Shown: in pieces, positions 44,271 through 56,420 of the stretch
Numbering within the stretch: the first letter of the stretch is position 1
How the letters are laid out: every line of letters starts with the position of its first letter
Assembly (NCBI GenBank): GCA_965198115.1
Contig: OZ240241.1
Location: 5,632,001 to 5,696,000 of the forward strand
Origin: Candidatus Latescibacterota bacterium
GTDB taxonomy: Bacteria; Latescibacterota; UBA2968
DNA length: 64,000 nucleotides
Direction: 5' to 3'
The notes under the pieces: model-generated
The model's database searches: none
Told to the model about the DNA's origin: nothing
The model's input: the letters and a program-made list of their open reading frames with translations, nothing else
Program-made: the position numbers and the translations under genes

Positions 44271-44449
44271 CTCCCTTCCTGTAACACCTCCTGCTCAAGA
44301 TTCCGAGATCCATTCGGTCGTGACACGACTGCCGGATGGACCTATCATCTCACAGACTCTATGACCAACCGTGGGGATGTCTGCCCCACGGGGTTGCGGT
44401 ACGCTAATTTTGACCCACGTCTGATCTCGAAATCCTCTACGGGGTTGAT

Positions 44450-45802
44450 ATGATGTTGTTCGTCGTCATCGGGCTATGGATCTGCACCCCGGGCGAGGGG
44501 GTGGCCCACACGCTCGACCTCCGGTTTCCCACTGCCCCCGTTCGCGCTGACACGCTTGCGCTGAACACGTGGGCGTATCATTCGGGTGACGATCCGGCAT
44601 ATGCGGACCCCTCCTTCGACGACTCGGGTTGGGAAATCGTCGACTCCCGCTTTTTCCCCAGCCAGCTTCCGGAATCGGGTTGGGCCGGGTTCGGCTGGTT
44701 TCGCATCCGGCTTCTAATCCCTCCCGTCTTGAGAGACAGGCCCGTGGCGTTGACGATCTATCACGCCGGGGCGTCGCAGTTTTTCCTCAACGGCGAATTG
44801 CAGTTCGAGCTGGGAACCGTCGGTACCCTCCCGTCGCAGGAAGTGGTTCACTGGGAGTCAGCCGTGGCAAGCCCTTATAGAGGGCCAGACGGCCATCGTC
44901 GAAGTGCCTATCTCTTCTTTCGGAAGACTGAGGATCACTACCATCGGGCGGAAAGAGTACGACCAGGATGAGGTCAACACGCTGAAAGTGTTCGGCGGTG
45001 CCATCGCGCTCGGATACGCCAGGTTTCTGGATCTGAAGGTGCTCGACGAGGCCAGGCAGCAGCTGATCGACGAAATGGAGCAGGAACTTCAGGATGCCCG
45101 AGAGATGCAAATGGGACTCATGCCGGCAGAGCACCCCTCGGTCGCTGGTTACGATGTGTCGGCCCAATGCCTGCCAGCCAATCACGTGTGCGGGGATTTC
45201 TATCACTATTTCGAACCCGGTGAAAATCGGCTGATCGTTACGATGGCGGATGTCACCGGGCACGCGATGAAGGCTGCGATTCCGGGTGTGATGTTCAGCG
45301 GCATTCTGAACAGTCAGATGGAGCAAGGGGGAAGCGTCGAAGAACGCGTTACCCGTCTGAACCGATCTTTGCTGGACACCATACCGGACCGTACGCTGAT
45401 CAGCTTTCTCATGGGTGAGCTGGATATCTCTACCGGAAAGATGACGCTGTCGGACAACGGCTAGCCCATACCCCTACCATTACCGAGCCGAGAGCGGGGA
45501 ACTGACAGAGATTCCCCTATCCGCGTATCCGCTAGGTGTTGAGCTGGAATTGACACCTGGGTGGCCGATGTCCAGATGTCGACGGGGGACTATATTATCT
45601 TCTGTTCCGACGGCATTCCGGAAGCAGAGTGCGACGGCGGGCAGCTGGGGTACGAACGAACGTCGGAAACGATACGGCTTGTAGAAATGAATGGGCCGCG
45701 AGCGAAGTGATCGATCACGTCGTGGGTGAAGCCGTGAGTTTCCGCAGGGGCCAACCTCAGGAAGATGATATGACGTGCGTGGTCATCCGCGCCGCGACCT
45801 GA
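44450..45802 (+). pseudogene. Sensor/SpoIIE (PP2C, RsbU-like) phosphatase, internally deleted and frameshifted
   Basis: Signal + carbohydrate-binding-like N-terminus; ELQDAREMQMGLMP, GDFY, ADVTGH, SDGI, DDMT motifs across frames. Confidence 0.8.
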
Positions 45803-45917
45803 TGCACTGGCGATGCTTGGTGATTGCCTGTTGTAGAGGTTCGGTCGTGGGAGTCCGAGCGGATCGATCTCCGCTGCTCAGTGACCGTGCGCCAATGACG
45901 GCACAGAAAGGGGCTAC

Positions 45918-46352
45918 GTGACGAAGCTATCCGGGATCAGCAGGCCGGGGAACGTGGCGCTCCTGGTCACCATCACCTTGGTTCTGGCCGCCTGGGCCCA
46001 GACCACGGGTCTCCTGGTCAGTCCGGGTGGCCTGGTTTCGGCAGGTGGCTCGATGAGTGGGACCGACATCGAGATCACCGGTTCACTGGGAAGCCCGTTT
46101 TCGACCGTTCCGGTCGCGAATGCCTCCGGTGTGCGGGTCGCGTCGGGTCTCCTGGCGGGTTCTCCGTCGACCACCGCTGGCGGCGATATCGACGGTGACT
46201 CCGATGTGGATTTCACTGATTTCCTCCTTTTCGCCGGAGCTTTCGGGAAGAGCGTCGGCGAACCGCTTTTCGTCGGTGCAGCCGACATCGACTCGAACGG
46301 GACCGTGGATTTCGGGGACTTCCTGATCCTCGCGAGTGCCTTCGGCAGCTGA
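45918..46352 (+). CDS. Secreted dockerin/EF-hand repeat protein
   Basis: Signal peptide; GDIDGDSDVDFTDFLLFAGAFG and ADIDSNGTVDFGDFLILASAFG. Confidence 0.75.
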   Translation: MTKLSGISRPGNVALLVTITLVLAAWAQTTGLLVSPGGLVSAGGSMSGTDIEITGSLGSPFSTVPVANASGVRVASGLLAGSPSTTAGGDIDGDSDVDFTDFLLFAGAFGKSVGEPLFVGAADIDSNGTVDFGDFLILASAFGS

Positions 46353-46619
46353 TCGTCCCCTTTCCAATCCCGTCTCTCATACCTTCCGAGTCTGACGGAT
46401 GTCTTTGCTCCCAGCCAGACCCCGTATCGTGCGGGCATTCACATCATTGGGCCGCTCGGCCCCATCTCGACCCCTTCCACAAATCCCAGTCAGGGTCCCC
46501 AATGGCCTTGTCCCGACAGGAGCCCGAAGCCCCACGGCGATCAGATCGAGCGGTGACCTGGCGGTCCACGTCCTTCGGAGCTGTCCTGGTCGTTCTGGAG
46601 AGTGTAGGAGCGCCCTATG

Positions 46620-47235
46620 CGAAGTATATCCTCAGGCCGAGGCCATCAAGATGACCTCGGCGAGCTCCGTCATGAAGTCATCGTCTGTGTTCGCCAATTC
46701 CACGAAGGGGAGAGTCGTCCGCAAGAGGCCTGCCACTTCGGAGTCCGCTGCGACGGCAGCGCTCAATCCCGCGAGGAAGTCCTCATCGAATGATGCTGGC
46801 TCCCTGATGGAACACTACACCGGGAGGTTGAAAGTGACCTCCCCGTGCTTGTACCCACCGTCGAGGGTCTCCCCGTCTCGCCTTCGCGCCGGGATCGCGA
46901 TGTGCACGGGCATATCGCCGCTGTAGGCCTGCCCGATGATGCAGAACATCGTCGAGTTCACATACGAGCCGCCAAACCGAGGGAAGTAGTCGTTGCACGC
47001 CCAGGAGGCGAGGAACAGCAAAGATGCCCCCCACCTGACCGCTGGACGGTCGTCCCTCGACAAATCCCATCCTTTCCCTGGAATGGTTGCAACGACGCAG
47101 TTGGTGAATGGGGGCCCCTTCCGATCGACATACCCTGACAGGATCCTCTCCAGTGGGGCGACGGCCGTCTCAAGCGCCGCGGGTACGTTGCCGTCGTCGT
47201 CGCGCAAGGGCAGGAACTCCACGCCCGCCACCGTG
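46620..47235 (-). pseudogene. Hypothetical protein fragment with in-frame stops
   Basis: ORF 46815-47231 continues in frame past TAG (CSIREPASFDEDFL...). Confidence 0.4.
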
Positions 47236-47254
47236 AGGCAGCTTATCGGGTACC

Positions 47255-47900
47255 CTGGTTACGGTCACCGCAAACTCCTGCCGTACCTCCACGGTCACCG
47301 TCAGCGCCTCCGCGGCATCGCCTGTGCGGCTCAACGTGAACACCGCCGCAAACCCCTCGGTCACCTCCGCGCCGCCGGCAATCGTGATCGTCGGCAATGG
47401 CACCCCGTCCACCGTGCGAGTCGCATCGGTCCCCACCGCGCTGTGCCTCAGACTCGCGTCGGTGCCGGAGGCCTGGATCGCGCCGCGCCCGGCGTGGTCA
47501 GCTTGTCCGCGCCAATGGCGATGCCGTCGCTGTCCGCGTCGCCCGCCGCCACCGTGTAGCCGAACACCAGCGCCGCCGTGCCCGTGCCGCTCTCGTACTC
47601 CGCCTGCCTGGGGGTCCCGCCGACGTCAATCTCGATCTGCGGCTTGTCGGTCCCGGCCTCCGTCACCGTCACCGCCTCGCTGAACGTCACCGTCACCTCG
47701 ATCGTGCCCCCGAGTGCGTAGGTCTTCGCCGGGGACGTGAAGATCACCGACGACACCGTCGCCCCGCCTCTCCTGCGCTCCTGCTGGCGTGGGCTGGAAC
47801 ACGGCCGCAAGACTGAGCATCGCGGCGACCCAGCCCAGCGCCCACGCGGGCCGTGGCTCCGCGCGTCGGCCGCGCAAGGCATTCCCGGGCGGCCGGCATT
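47255..47900 (-). pseudogene. Large adhesin/surface-protein N-terminal fragment
   Basis: TYALGGTIEVTVTFSEAVTV...YESGTGTAALVFGYTVAAGDADSDGI and EGFAAVFTLSRTG repeats; frameshifted; very GC-rich. Confidence 0.7.
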
Positions 47901-48046
47901 GCGGCGCCCGCGGCCGGGTTCCAGGCAGCGGGCCGGCCGTCGGCGCACAACGCTGCCAAGACTCGGCGGAGGATCGACACAAGGCGATACAGGGTCAAAG
48001 AAATTCCCGGCGTGGTCGGATCCGTCATCGTGTGACAGTGTAATAC

Positions 48047-48215
48047 GTGAAGTCTACTCTCACGGTTCGCCTCGACAAAGATCTTGAGCGGCTCCTCGAC
48101 CGACAGTGTAATCGGACTGGCCAGAAGCGCAGCGACATCGTTCGCGAGGCCTTGCGACGCGAGCTGTCCGTGCGTCGATTTGAGGAAGTCCGTCGGCGCG
48201 CCCTGCCCTTCACCA
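48047..48215 (+). pseudogene. CopG/RHH antitoxin-like protein, 3'-truncated
   Basis: STLTVRLDKDLERLLD...SDIVREALRR. Confidence 0.65.
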
Positions 48216-48229
48216 AAACGAGACGAGCC

Positions 48230-48430
48230 TGCGCCCGGTCCAGATCATGACCGATACCGCTTCCTACAGCGACCTTGTCTTCGGGCTCTTCCGGCTGCTG
48301 GGGTACCAGTTCAGTCCAAGGCTCACAGACCTCGGCGCGGCGCGCTTCTGGCGCCTCGATCAGTGCCGACTACGGGCCGTTGAATGCGCTCGCCCGCCAC
48401 CACATCAATCCAAAACTCATCCGTACCCAC
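48230..48430 (+). pseudogene. Tn3-family transposase internal fragment
   Basis: IMTDTASYSDLVFGLFRLLGYQFSPRLTD. Confidence 0.8.
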
Positions 48431-49399
48431 TGCGGTGTGGCTCTGTTCCCCTTGATTTTGTGCGCCGATTTGCCCCCCCATTGTCAAGCCCTTAATTCGA
48501 TATTCTGCCTTGTTTTCGAGAGGGCACCGTTTACACAGCCCCCAACCTCTGTTTGATCTTGCTCGTGACCCGTCTGAGCTGGGCCGCCGCCACCCGCCCC
48601 AGCTTCGAGGCGTCAGACGCGTCGATCGTCGCTATCTTGGTGCTACGGATGAGGGAGGGAACGGGCGGATCACCACCTCGCGAACAATTGACCCCATTTT
48701 CTGGAAAATCATGGACTACGAAGAACGATTAACCTATATAAACAGTGATATAGGGCGTTTATTGTGATGTTCTTTGGGGTGGGAAACCGGGCACGAAAAA
48801 GCGGAGTTGTCCGAACAGAAAAATTATTTCGCCAACGTCCTGTCGCCAAAGTTATTTTTCTTCGTAGCTCTGGCGTTTGGGTGCCGGTGATCCGGTCGTC
48901 CCCCGCGCGATCGGAGAGACGGGGTCTGCCGCGAAGAACCTTTGCGCGCATCGCGCATGCCTTCGCCCGGAAGGGCAACGGAATGGTGAGAACGAGTGCC
49001 AAGCCAAAGAAAAGAAGACGCACATCGGGTCTGCCGATTGCCGTCCCAAAGGACGTGGCCTCGATCCGGCTGTTGATCGATACTGTTGCCCGGACGAACG
49101 AGTTGCCCCTTCCCGGTGTCGACTCTGTGCGCGTCAGGAAAGCCCTCTTCGAGCGAGAGGGCACCTGGCCACGAGGAAGGCGGGTGGAGGGCCTGAACCC
49201 GATCGACTGGGCCAGACGGTTGGTCGCCGCTGAGCTGTACGCGCGGGAAGAGGACGTGGTCGGCATCGCGAGGGGGTTGGGGGTTGATGGGCCCGTCGTA
49301 AGGGACGACCTGGAGGTGATCTCGGTCTACCAGGTGCTCGCAGAGGGTGTTGGGCAAGCGCAGGCAGCACTCTCCCAGATAAGGAGGCGGTTTGAACGT

Positions 49400-49830
49400 C
49401 TCCAGCTAGGGTCTTCACTTATGTAGTCCATTCCCAGCATCATGACTTCGCCGGGCAGGAACCCCACTTCATCCAATAGCTCCAATCCGGAGTTAGTGTC
49501 TCGATGCCTTTCGATTGCTTGCAACCAGGCAGAGTACGGCCCCCCCGAAAACCCCACCCTGATAAATTCAGGGTCGTCTTTAAATGCCTCGAGTTGATCG
49601 TACAATCGCACGAGTTCCATTGCTGCTGACGAGAGCTTCATCGGAATGCAAGGTCTTTGCTGCACATTGTTTCCAATATTCATCGCATCGGGGTCAATGA
49701 AAGTCACTGGGGCGGCCTTGAATTCCCTCCCTTCCCAGCTAAAGTATCTGACAACTCCGGTTTCCGAGAGCGTGAAATACTCTGGACGTTCTTGTGTCTG
49801 AAGGTCGAATAGAACGCGGATTCATCCTTG
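49400..49830 (-). pseudogene. Hypothetical protein fragment
   Basis: Frame of 49327-49707 (LYDQLEAFKDDPEFIRVGF) extends upstream through stops. Confidence 0.35.
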
Positions 49831-50042
49831 CGCCGGCTGACGGCAAGAAACGATCCTTCAGTTCGGCGCAGGCGTATGTCCGAGTCGTACGACATTGTGT
49901 TGGCCGACCCGCATGGCTCGGCTTGGCATCGTGTTCATCAATTGCTAAACTCAGGATCTTAGTAATCATAAATGGCGAAAGAACCTCAGGTTACCGTTGC
50001 TTGCCATTGTCCTTCGTCGGTGAAGACTTTGCAGAACAGGAA

Positions 50043-50205
50043 GTTGTGTTCAAATGGACCCCGAACCCGAACAGTAAAAATAAAGAAGTATTTATGAACA
50101 AACCTTGAATCAAACTGCGGGAGGACGTCCGGCTCAGCAACCTGATGCAGTTAAATCGTTGTGCTCAAACACACCCCGAACTCGAACAGTAAAAATAAAG
50201 AAGTA
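50043..50205. repeat. Two imperfect 48-bp direct repeats, 115-bp period
   Basis: GTTGTGYTCAAA-N3-ACCCCGAACYCGAACAGTAAAAATAAAGAAGTA at 50043-50090 and 50158-50205. Confidence 0.85.
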
Positions 50206-50334
50206 ATATTTCACGAAAACGGACGGCGCCTTCCCGTCCTGATAACCTGGCTTGCCCAGGGCTTTGCGTATCGTCCGAAACAATCGAACTTCCTACCACC
50301 AAGCCTACGGAACTGGTGAAATAAAGTTTACTAA

Positions 50335-51596
50335 GTACTCCTGTTCTCAAATACGGTGACGTATTCTAAGCAGACTTTGCCAAGGGCGTATCGTAGAACC
50401 TGAGTTTGTCGATCATCTCCGCGAGATCTGTTCGTGTGAACTTCCATTTGAAGGGTGTGGCGATACGTCCGTAGCGTTCCTGAAAACCGAGGATTCTTGC
50501 CTCAAGCTCTTCGAGCGATGCAAATTCGATAGGTGTCAGAGCCTTGCGTTTGAGGATCGAGAAGTAGATCTCGATCTGATTGAGCCAGCTTGCGTGGATC
50601 GGAAGGTGAACGGGGTGGATGTTTGGCCACTTCCCCTGGATACGGTCGATGCATGTTTGCCCTCGGTGCGAGGAGCCATTATCCACGATGAGGTAGACTT
50701 TCTTTGCCGAGCAATAGGGTTTCCGGCTCATGATCAGGCTCAGGAGCCGGTTGAAGGGCTCGATACCCGAAGAAGACTCACAGAGACCGAAGATTCGACC
50801 ATTGTGCACGTCGAGAGCAGCCAGATAGGCCAGGGCTCCTTTCCGCTCGTATTCGTGTTTCAACGCGTGCCGCTCTGTTCGAGGCTGGCGGTAGGGTAAC
50901 GTGCTTGCGAGCTCGTGCTTGAATACTGGTCTTTTCGTCGGCAGAAAGTACATATTCCCTCGGCCCTAAAGGCTTTCCTTGCCATTGGCGGTGATACAGA
51001 TCAAGGACTCTACCTGCTTTGGTTTGGAAGTCCGGGTCCCGTGGGAAAATCCAGGAGCGATGATACCAAGGACGAATCGCGTCCTCGTTCAACCAGCGCC
51101 AGACAGTGGCGCCGCTGATCTTGGCAACGAAGCCCCTTTGCACTGCCTCGGCGGCAATCTCGGAACAGCTGAACCGCGAGAGCGGTATCCCGCTCTCGCT
51201 CGGTAGTTCACACGCCAGCGCCTTGATCTGAACGACCACCTGAGGGGGGAAAACCGGGCGGGCGCCCGGGACGAGATCTATCTTCGAGTCCCGAAAGACG
51301 CTCTTCGAAAAAGCGCTTACGCCATTTGCTTACGATCGGACGAGGGACATCCAACCGTTGGGCGATAATCTTGTTGGATAATCCCTCGGCGGCGAGAAGC
51401 ACGATTTTCGATCGGATCACTTGATAATACGATAACGTATATTGTCCAGCCATTCGCTCGAGGTCGACCCGTTCCTTCTCAGACAGTAGCACCACATAAG
51501 GCGAACGTCTTGGCATTGTTCTCCTCCTTTTGAAGGAGAACATAAGCTACAAATAATGTTCAGAACATACGTAATAATGTTTATGAAACCATGCAC
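50335..51596 (-). mobile_element. IS630-family element, copy 1
   Basis: Near-identical reverse complement of 56421-57682; split HTH + DDE ORFs. Confidence 0.93.
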
Positions 51597-51598
51597 TT

Positions 51599-52210
51599 AG
51601 GAACCCCGTCAACGCAGCTCCGGCCGACCTCCACGCTGTCTTCTTCCATACGGCCGACAACGGTCTCATCGCCGGAGACTCAGGGTTGCTCCTTTGGACC
51701 ACAGACGGCGGTCTAACCTGGCACCCACGCGACGCGGCGACCAACAAGACGATTTATGATCTCATGTTTGCAAGTGCCACCATTGGCTATCTGGTTGGCG
51801 AGGACGGTCTGATCAAGAAGACGACCAACGGTGGAACGAGTTGGGTCGCGCAGCCCTCGGGAACGGCGGAAGATCTTCACGCGGTATTCATTCGGGACGA
51901 GATGAACGGATACGCCACAGGAGACAAAGGAGTTATACTGAAGACCCAGAACGGGGGGATGGTTTGGTCACCTCTCACGTCTGGAACAGTTAAGGATCTC
52001 AGGGACATTCTGTTCCTTCGCCCCGAGGTCGGCTTTGTGGTCGGACAGAGCGGGGAGCTCCGATCGACTCGGGATTCAGGCAATACTTGGAACTTGGAAA
52101 CCTCCAACACTTCAAGCAGGCTGACGTCCATCGATTTTAAGGATAGTGTGATGGGGTTGGCAGCAGGAGGACGTGCCGTGGTGATCAAGACAATCAGCGG
52201 TGGCGGTTGA
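51599..52210 (+). pseudogene. YCF48/BNR-repeat beta-propeller, 5'-truncated by IS630
   Basis: Repeated TxDGGxxW and DLHAVF motifs; frame is open back to the IS end. Confidence 0.75.
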
Positions 52211-52315
52211 GCTGATCTGCGTCCAGCGTATCTGTCTGCGCTCCTCTGTTCGACCAAGACATCATCGAACGCGGTGTAAGCACGCTCGAAATCCCCGATC
52301 TAAAGGAGACATGCG

Positions 52316-52879
52316 ATGGCCAATAATCCCTTTTCCGGGTTCATTGCCTTTGGCCGGAAGGTGATGGGTCAGATCGAGCAGGATGATCCGGTCGCGATTC
52401 GCTATAAGTGGTTACTTGGGGAGATCAATGTTCTGTTCGGTGTCACTCACTCCCTGGTAACGGGAAAACTAGAACAGGTTGAGAGTGCGAAATCGTTCGA
52501 CGAGGCAGCCGACATAATCGAGTCCTTACGGAGCGAGGCGCTGTCGAACACCTTCCATGCCCAGGGCTTGTGCGATGCCTTCGTGGGCCTTGGTAGGGCG
52601 TTTGGCGAACTGAACTTGCGAATTCAGAGCGTCGACTCGAATGAATCTTTGCTCGATCTTGGGGAGGCCCGACACATTGCAGAGGCGCTCGAGAACCGGG
52701 AGTTCGAAGTGGCGCGGCTCTACTCGGATGCGATAGCGTCTCTCACAGATCTCGTCAATGGAACCTCGGACGATCTGGGGGAAATCAAGAAGCAAGCCGA
52801 GGAAGCCCGGAATGAATTGACCAATCAGACGGCGGATTTCAAGTCGTTGGCACAAGACTTCCGCACCATTTCCGTCTGA
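52316..52879 (+). CDS. Helical hypothetical protein
   Basis: AAGGAG RBS; intact 187 aa. Confidence 0.65.
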   Translation: MANNPFSGFIAFGRKVMGQIEQDDPVAIRYKWLLGEINVLFGVTHSLVTGKLEQVESAKSFDEAADIIESLRSEALSNTFHAQGLCDAFVGLGRAFGELNLRIQSVDSNESLLDLGEARHIAEALENREFEVARLYSDAIASLTDLVNGTSDDLGEIKKQAEEARNELTNQTADFKSLAQDFRTISV

Positions 52880-52897
52880 CGTAAGAAAGGGGAGGCT

Positions 52898-53640
52898 TTG
52901 TCCTCGAAGAACTATAGGGAGTTCCCAACAGCGCTCCGGGAGCTGATCGCCAAGCCCGACTTGCGACGTCGCTTTATGTCAATGAATTCAGGCGATCATG
53001 CAGCCGAGGAGCTCAGTATTCCCAATGAGTTGGTTGGGGAACTGAAGGGCGTACTGATCCAGCTGGATGGTCAACCGTTCGCCAGCTCCGTCGCGCCCAT
53101 CGGTGAATCTGATGCAGCTCAGATGCACGACCGAGTCATGGAGTCGATGGACTCAACCAGGGAATTCCTTGACACGTCCTTCGTTCAGCTCCGCAACGCG
53201 TATCGTCTATCCATGTTATGAGCGGTGCGGTCTTCCTGGTCGGTCTGAGTTTCCTAGGAATCGCCGCTGTTACTGCGGTCAGTCAACCCGATGGTGCCAC
53301 AACGACTGCCGTGGTTGGGGGTATTGGGGTCGTCCAGATCGTCGCCCTTTTCTATCGGAACCCGCTTCGCGACATACAGGCGGCGGTTTCGAATGCTCAA
53401 CAGGCGAAAATCGCGATAATGTCCTACATACTGGTAGTGAGTCTCGTTGGTGAGAGCGTTTATGAAGGCAAGGACACTGATTCACAGAACCGACGGCTAT
53501 CAGAACTCACGGACAAGGCGTTGCATCAACTCGAGCATTTCACCGAGGATCAGACAATCAATCGGCATCAGCCAGACAACAGCTTCACCGACGCCGAAGA
53601 ATCCGATGGCGATGACTCTGTCAATGACACCGGGCAATGA
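52898..53640 (+). pseudogene. Two-TM membrane protein (TRADD-N-associated-TM-like), probable frameshift at about 53218
   Basis: ...QLRNAYRLSM-[shift]-MSGAVFLVGL...ALFYRNPLRDIQAAVSNAQQ; may alternatively be two ATGA-coupled ORFs. Confidence 0.5.
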
Positions 53641-54099
53641 CGAACAGGAGCTGAGCCCTGACTGACCAGGCCTCTTCAACTTTCCAAGCCCGGCTATCCG
53701 AGACAGAATGGAGCGCACCAAGGCGGCACGTGAAGAGGCGTTCGACAGCGGGCCGCTGCTGGAGTCTGAGAAACAGGCGACTGAAGCTTGAGGCGCTGAG
53801 GACGGGAATGGAACGACGAGGCAGGCTTGACCGCACGAAACCGGCACACCATAAGAGACGGGGTTACGCAGGAGCGACGTAACCTTCGTCTACGCCTACC
53901 TGAAGACCAGCGTCACGAATCCGTAATCGCCTACCCTATAACCTGAGACGCCTTGATGGTTTCAAGCGCGATCGGGGAGAAGTGTCTCTTTGTGGCGCGA
54001 CGCAACGAACCAGCACAAAGAGCCACGTTGGGCGTCAACCACGCCCAGCCGTCTGATATTTTGCGGCACGGGGTCCCCTTCCCGTTGGAAAATAGGGGT

Positions 54100-56055
54100 T
54101 CACCAGTCAATCGTCTCATCCGCGAGAAACTGCGTCTTCTTTCGCCACCGGATGTCGCTGGTTCGATCGTGATCGCGGTGGTAGAGGGGGTAGTACTTGC
54201 CGCGAGGGTAGATTGAGACGACGTCGTTGCCGCGGCGCACGAGGGTGTAGCGGCTCTTCTGGACGTGAACGGCATCCTGCCTTTCCTCGATGGGAAAGGT
54301 GAGCGTCACCGACTGGCCGGCATCCACGCGACCCACCTGCGCGTATCGCCCTTTCCACCTGATGTTCCGATCGTTCCCATCGACCTGGACGCGCGCCTCG
54401 TTCGGCTGCGTCCATTCGGCAATGCGGATGGACAGATCAACCGGCTGTTTCACGTTGACATTAACGCGTCCCTGGAACGGGATGCAGCTTTGAATGTCCG
54501 CCCACTTCGACAGGCGGTTCAGCAGCAGGTTGATCTGCAGCTTGCCGTCTCGGTGGGAGAGGATGCGGTTCCAGATCCAGTAGAGTGCCCGCGCCCCCGC
54601 CGCGGTGTCGCCGAGAACGAGTCCGAAGCCGAACCCACCGGACTCGTCGTGACACCAATCGTTCGGAGCTGCTCCGGTCGGCCACGATCCGAGGTTCCGT
54701 TCGGCCACGCGTTCGGTCGTGGAACCCGGTTCGGATTTCTGAGGGTCCAGAAACACCACGCTGTCACCCCGGCCGTCGTAGTCGGAAGGCATCGAGCCCG
54801 GCAGGTGGTCGATCCATTCCGTGTGACGCATCTGTGAACCGGTAAGCATGTTGCGCGTCCACCGGTCCACATCGTCCCAATAGTCGGCGATTCCCGCATC
54901 ACTGAGCCAGAGTGCGACGCCGATCATGTCGGCCAGGCCCATGATCTCGCAGCCGTTGAACTCGTCCATGTTCACGAACGACGGCGACGTGCCGGGATCG
55001 ATCTCGCCGGGGATGGCCGGTTCGGTCCACGGCGGACTGGGGATGATGTTCGGCGTGAATCCGGTCAGCGTCTCCACGGACGATTTCGTCCACTCATAAC
55101 TTTCAATGACGAAGTCGAGCAACGGTCTGTCATCGGTGATCAGTCCGAGGTCAGCCATGGCGTGTAGACCTCGCGCGTGACCGTGGACGTGGGATTTGAT
55201 CGAACCGTATTGGGTGGTCAGGAAGGCGCCGTCGGCGGTGAAGAAGGTTTTCCTGTAGAACGCGTTCAACTTCCGGGTGAGGTCGAGGGCGGGTTCATAG
55301 CCGACCTGCCGATAGGCACGTAGCAGTCCGCTCGTTATGAGCGACATCTCGACCATGTGAAACTGGTAGCACGGTTTGACGTCGGCCGGTTGGTTCCAAC
55401 TCGCGTAGATCGGGCCCGGCCAGTAATAAGCGTAATCCCCACCGTCCACCGCGAGTTCGCGCAACCCGTCCACGATCTTGCGGATGCTTTCCACCCACGG
55501 ACCGGCGGGATCCCGCGCCGCGTAAAGCGACGTTGTCCGCAGCATCTGGCCGCAGATAAACGGACTGAGCACCTGGTCCACGTCCTTGAACAGTTCCTGG
55601 CCGTGGGCATAGCTGCTCGGTTTGAAGCGTTTTGTCCAGGGGCGTCCCTTAGTGGGAGTATAGATGAGGCCATCATCGCCCTGCTGGTGCAGGGAGACTT
55701 CCATCCATCGGCGGTCGACGTGGAGGTTCTGTTCGCTGCCGCTCATGAGCCGGGACAGACACACCGCCTCCTGGAACTTCGGGGTGATCGAAGGACTGGC
55801 GAAATCCGCCGCCATTCTGGGCTCGGGCACGAAGGTGATCGACCAGTAGGGTTCGTAGTCCGCCTGGGGATTGGGATTCTCGGTCATGGCGTGAATCGCC
55901 AGCCGCGCCGAGTCGGCGAGATCGAGCGTGTCCGGCACCAGCGCTTTGTAGTGCTCGCCGGTGACGGGGGGCACGTCGAACGGGGGGATTTCGGGGCGGA
56001 TGTAACCGATTGGGTCGCCGGGGTTCCAGTTGGAATAGTCAAGTGAAGTCGACAT
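54100..56055 (-). CDS. GH127/GH146-like (alpha/alpha)6-barrel protein
   Basis: VPDTLDLA, HVHGH, ADMIGVA, YWDDVDRWTRN, C-terminal sandwich LSIRIAEW; intact 651 aa. Confidence 0.6.
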   Translation of the reverse strand: MSTSLDYSNWNPGDPIGYIRPEIPPFDVPPVTGEHYKALVPDTLDLADSARLAIHAMTENPNPQADYEPYWSITFVPEPRMAADFASPSITPKFQEAVCLSRLMSGSEQNLHVDRRWMEVSLHQQGDDGLIYTPTKGRPWTKRFKPSSYAHGQELFKDVDQVLSPFICGQMLRTTSLYAARDPAGPWVESIRKIVDGLRELAVDGGDYAYYWPGPIYASWNQPADVKPCYQFHMVEMSLITSGLLRAYRQVGYEPALDLTRKLNAFYRKTFFTADGAFLTTQYGSIKSHVHGHARGLHAMADLGLITDDRPLLDFVIESYEWTKSSVETLTGFTPNIIPSPPWTEPAIPGEIDPGTSPSFVNMDEFNGCEIMGLADMIGVALWLSDAGIADYWDDVDRWTRNMLTGSQMRHTEWIDHLPGSMPSDYDGRGDSVVFLDPQKSEPGSTTERVAERNLGSWPTGAAPNDWCHDESGGFGFGLVLGDTAAGARALYWIWNRILSHRDGKLQINLLLNRLSKWADIQSCIPFQGRVNVNVKQPVDLSIRIAEWTQPNEARVQVDGNDRNIRWKGRYAQVGRVDAGQSVTLTFPIEERQDAVHVQKSRYTLVRRGNDVVSIYPRGKYYPLYHRDHDRTSDIRWRKKTQFLADETIDW

Positions 56056-56420
56056 GAGATCGGTTCCGCTTGGTTTGTTTATAGGTCCAGGTATCTACGT
56101 CTTCCACGAACTCACGATCTCACGATTCTCAGAGAATAAGGCACGCGTTCGCGCCTGTAGCTGGGCGATGGCGGTTCGCCACCATGTCGACGTGTTACTT
56201 CTTCGTTGAGAACCCCGTCTGGGTGCTCACCATCAGCGGTACGGTGGGGCCATGATGGCGCCACTTGTTGCTGGGGGCACGATCTACCTGCGCTACACCA
56301 GAACGGATTGTCGTATCGGCCGACGTGGGAGGCGGATGTCATCCTCTGGCTGTGCTTCTCGATCATGCTTGGGCTGGCGAGCTATACGGTCTATCGGATT
56401 CTCGCGTAGCCTTCGCCTAA

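Noticed and set aside
44170-44275. Complete tRNA-Leu gene
   Set aside because: No acceptor 5' strand or D-arm, and the anticodon stem pairs only 2 bp; treated as an att duplicate.
48764-49426. ORF 48764-49426 as a confident gene
   Set aside because: Uncertain start, no recognisable domain, and it overlaps an opposite-strand fragment.
50043-50205. CRISPR array
   Set aside because: Only two repeats, 67-bp spacer, no palindrome and no cas genes.
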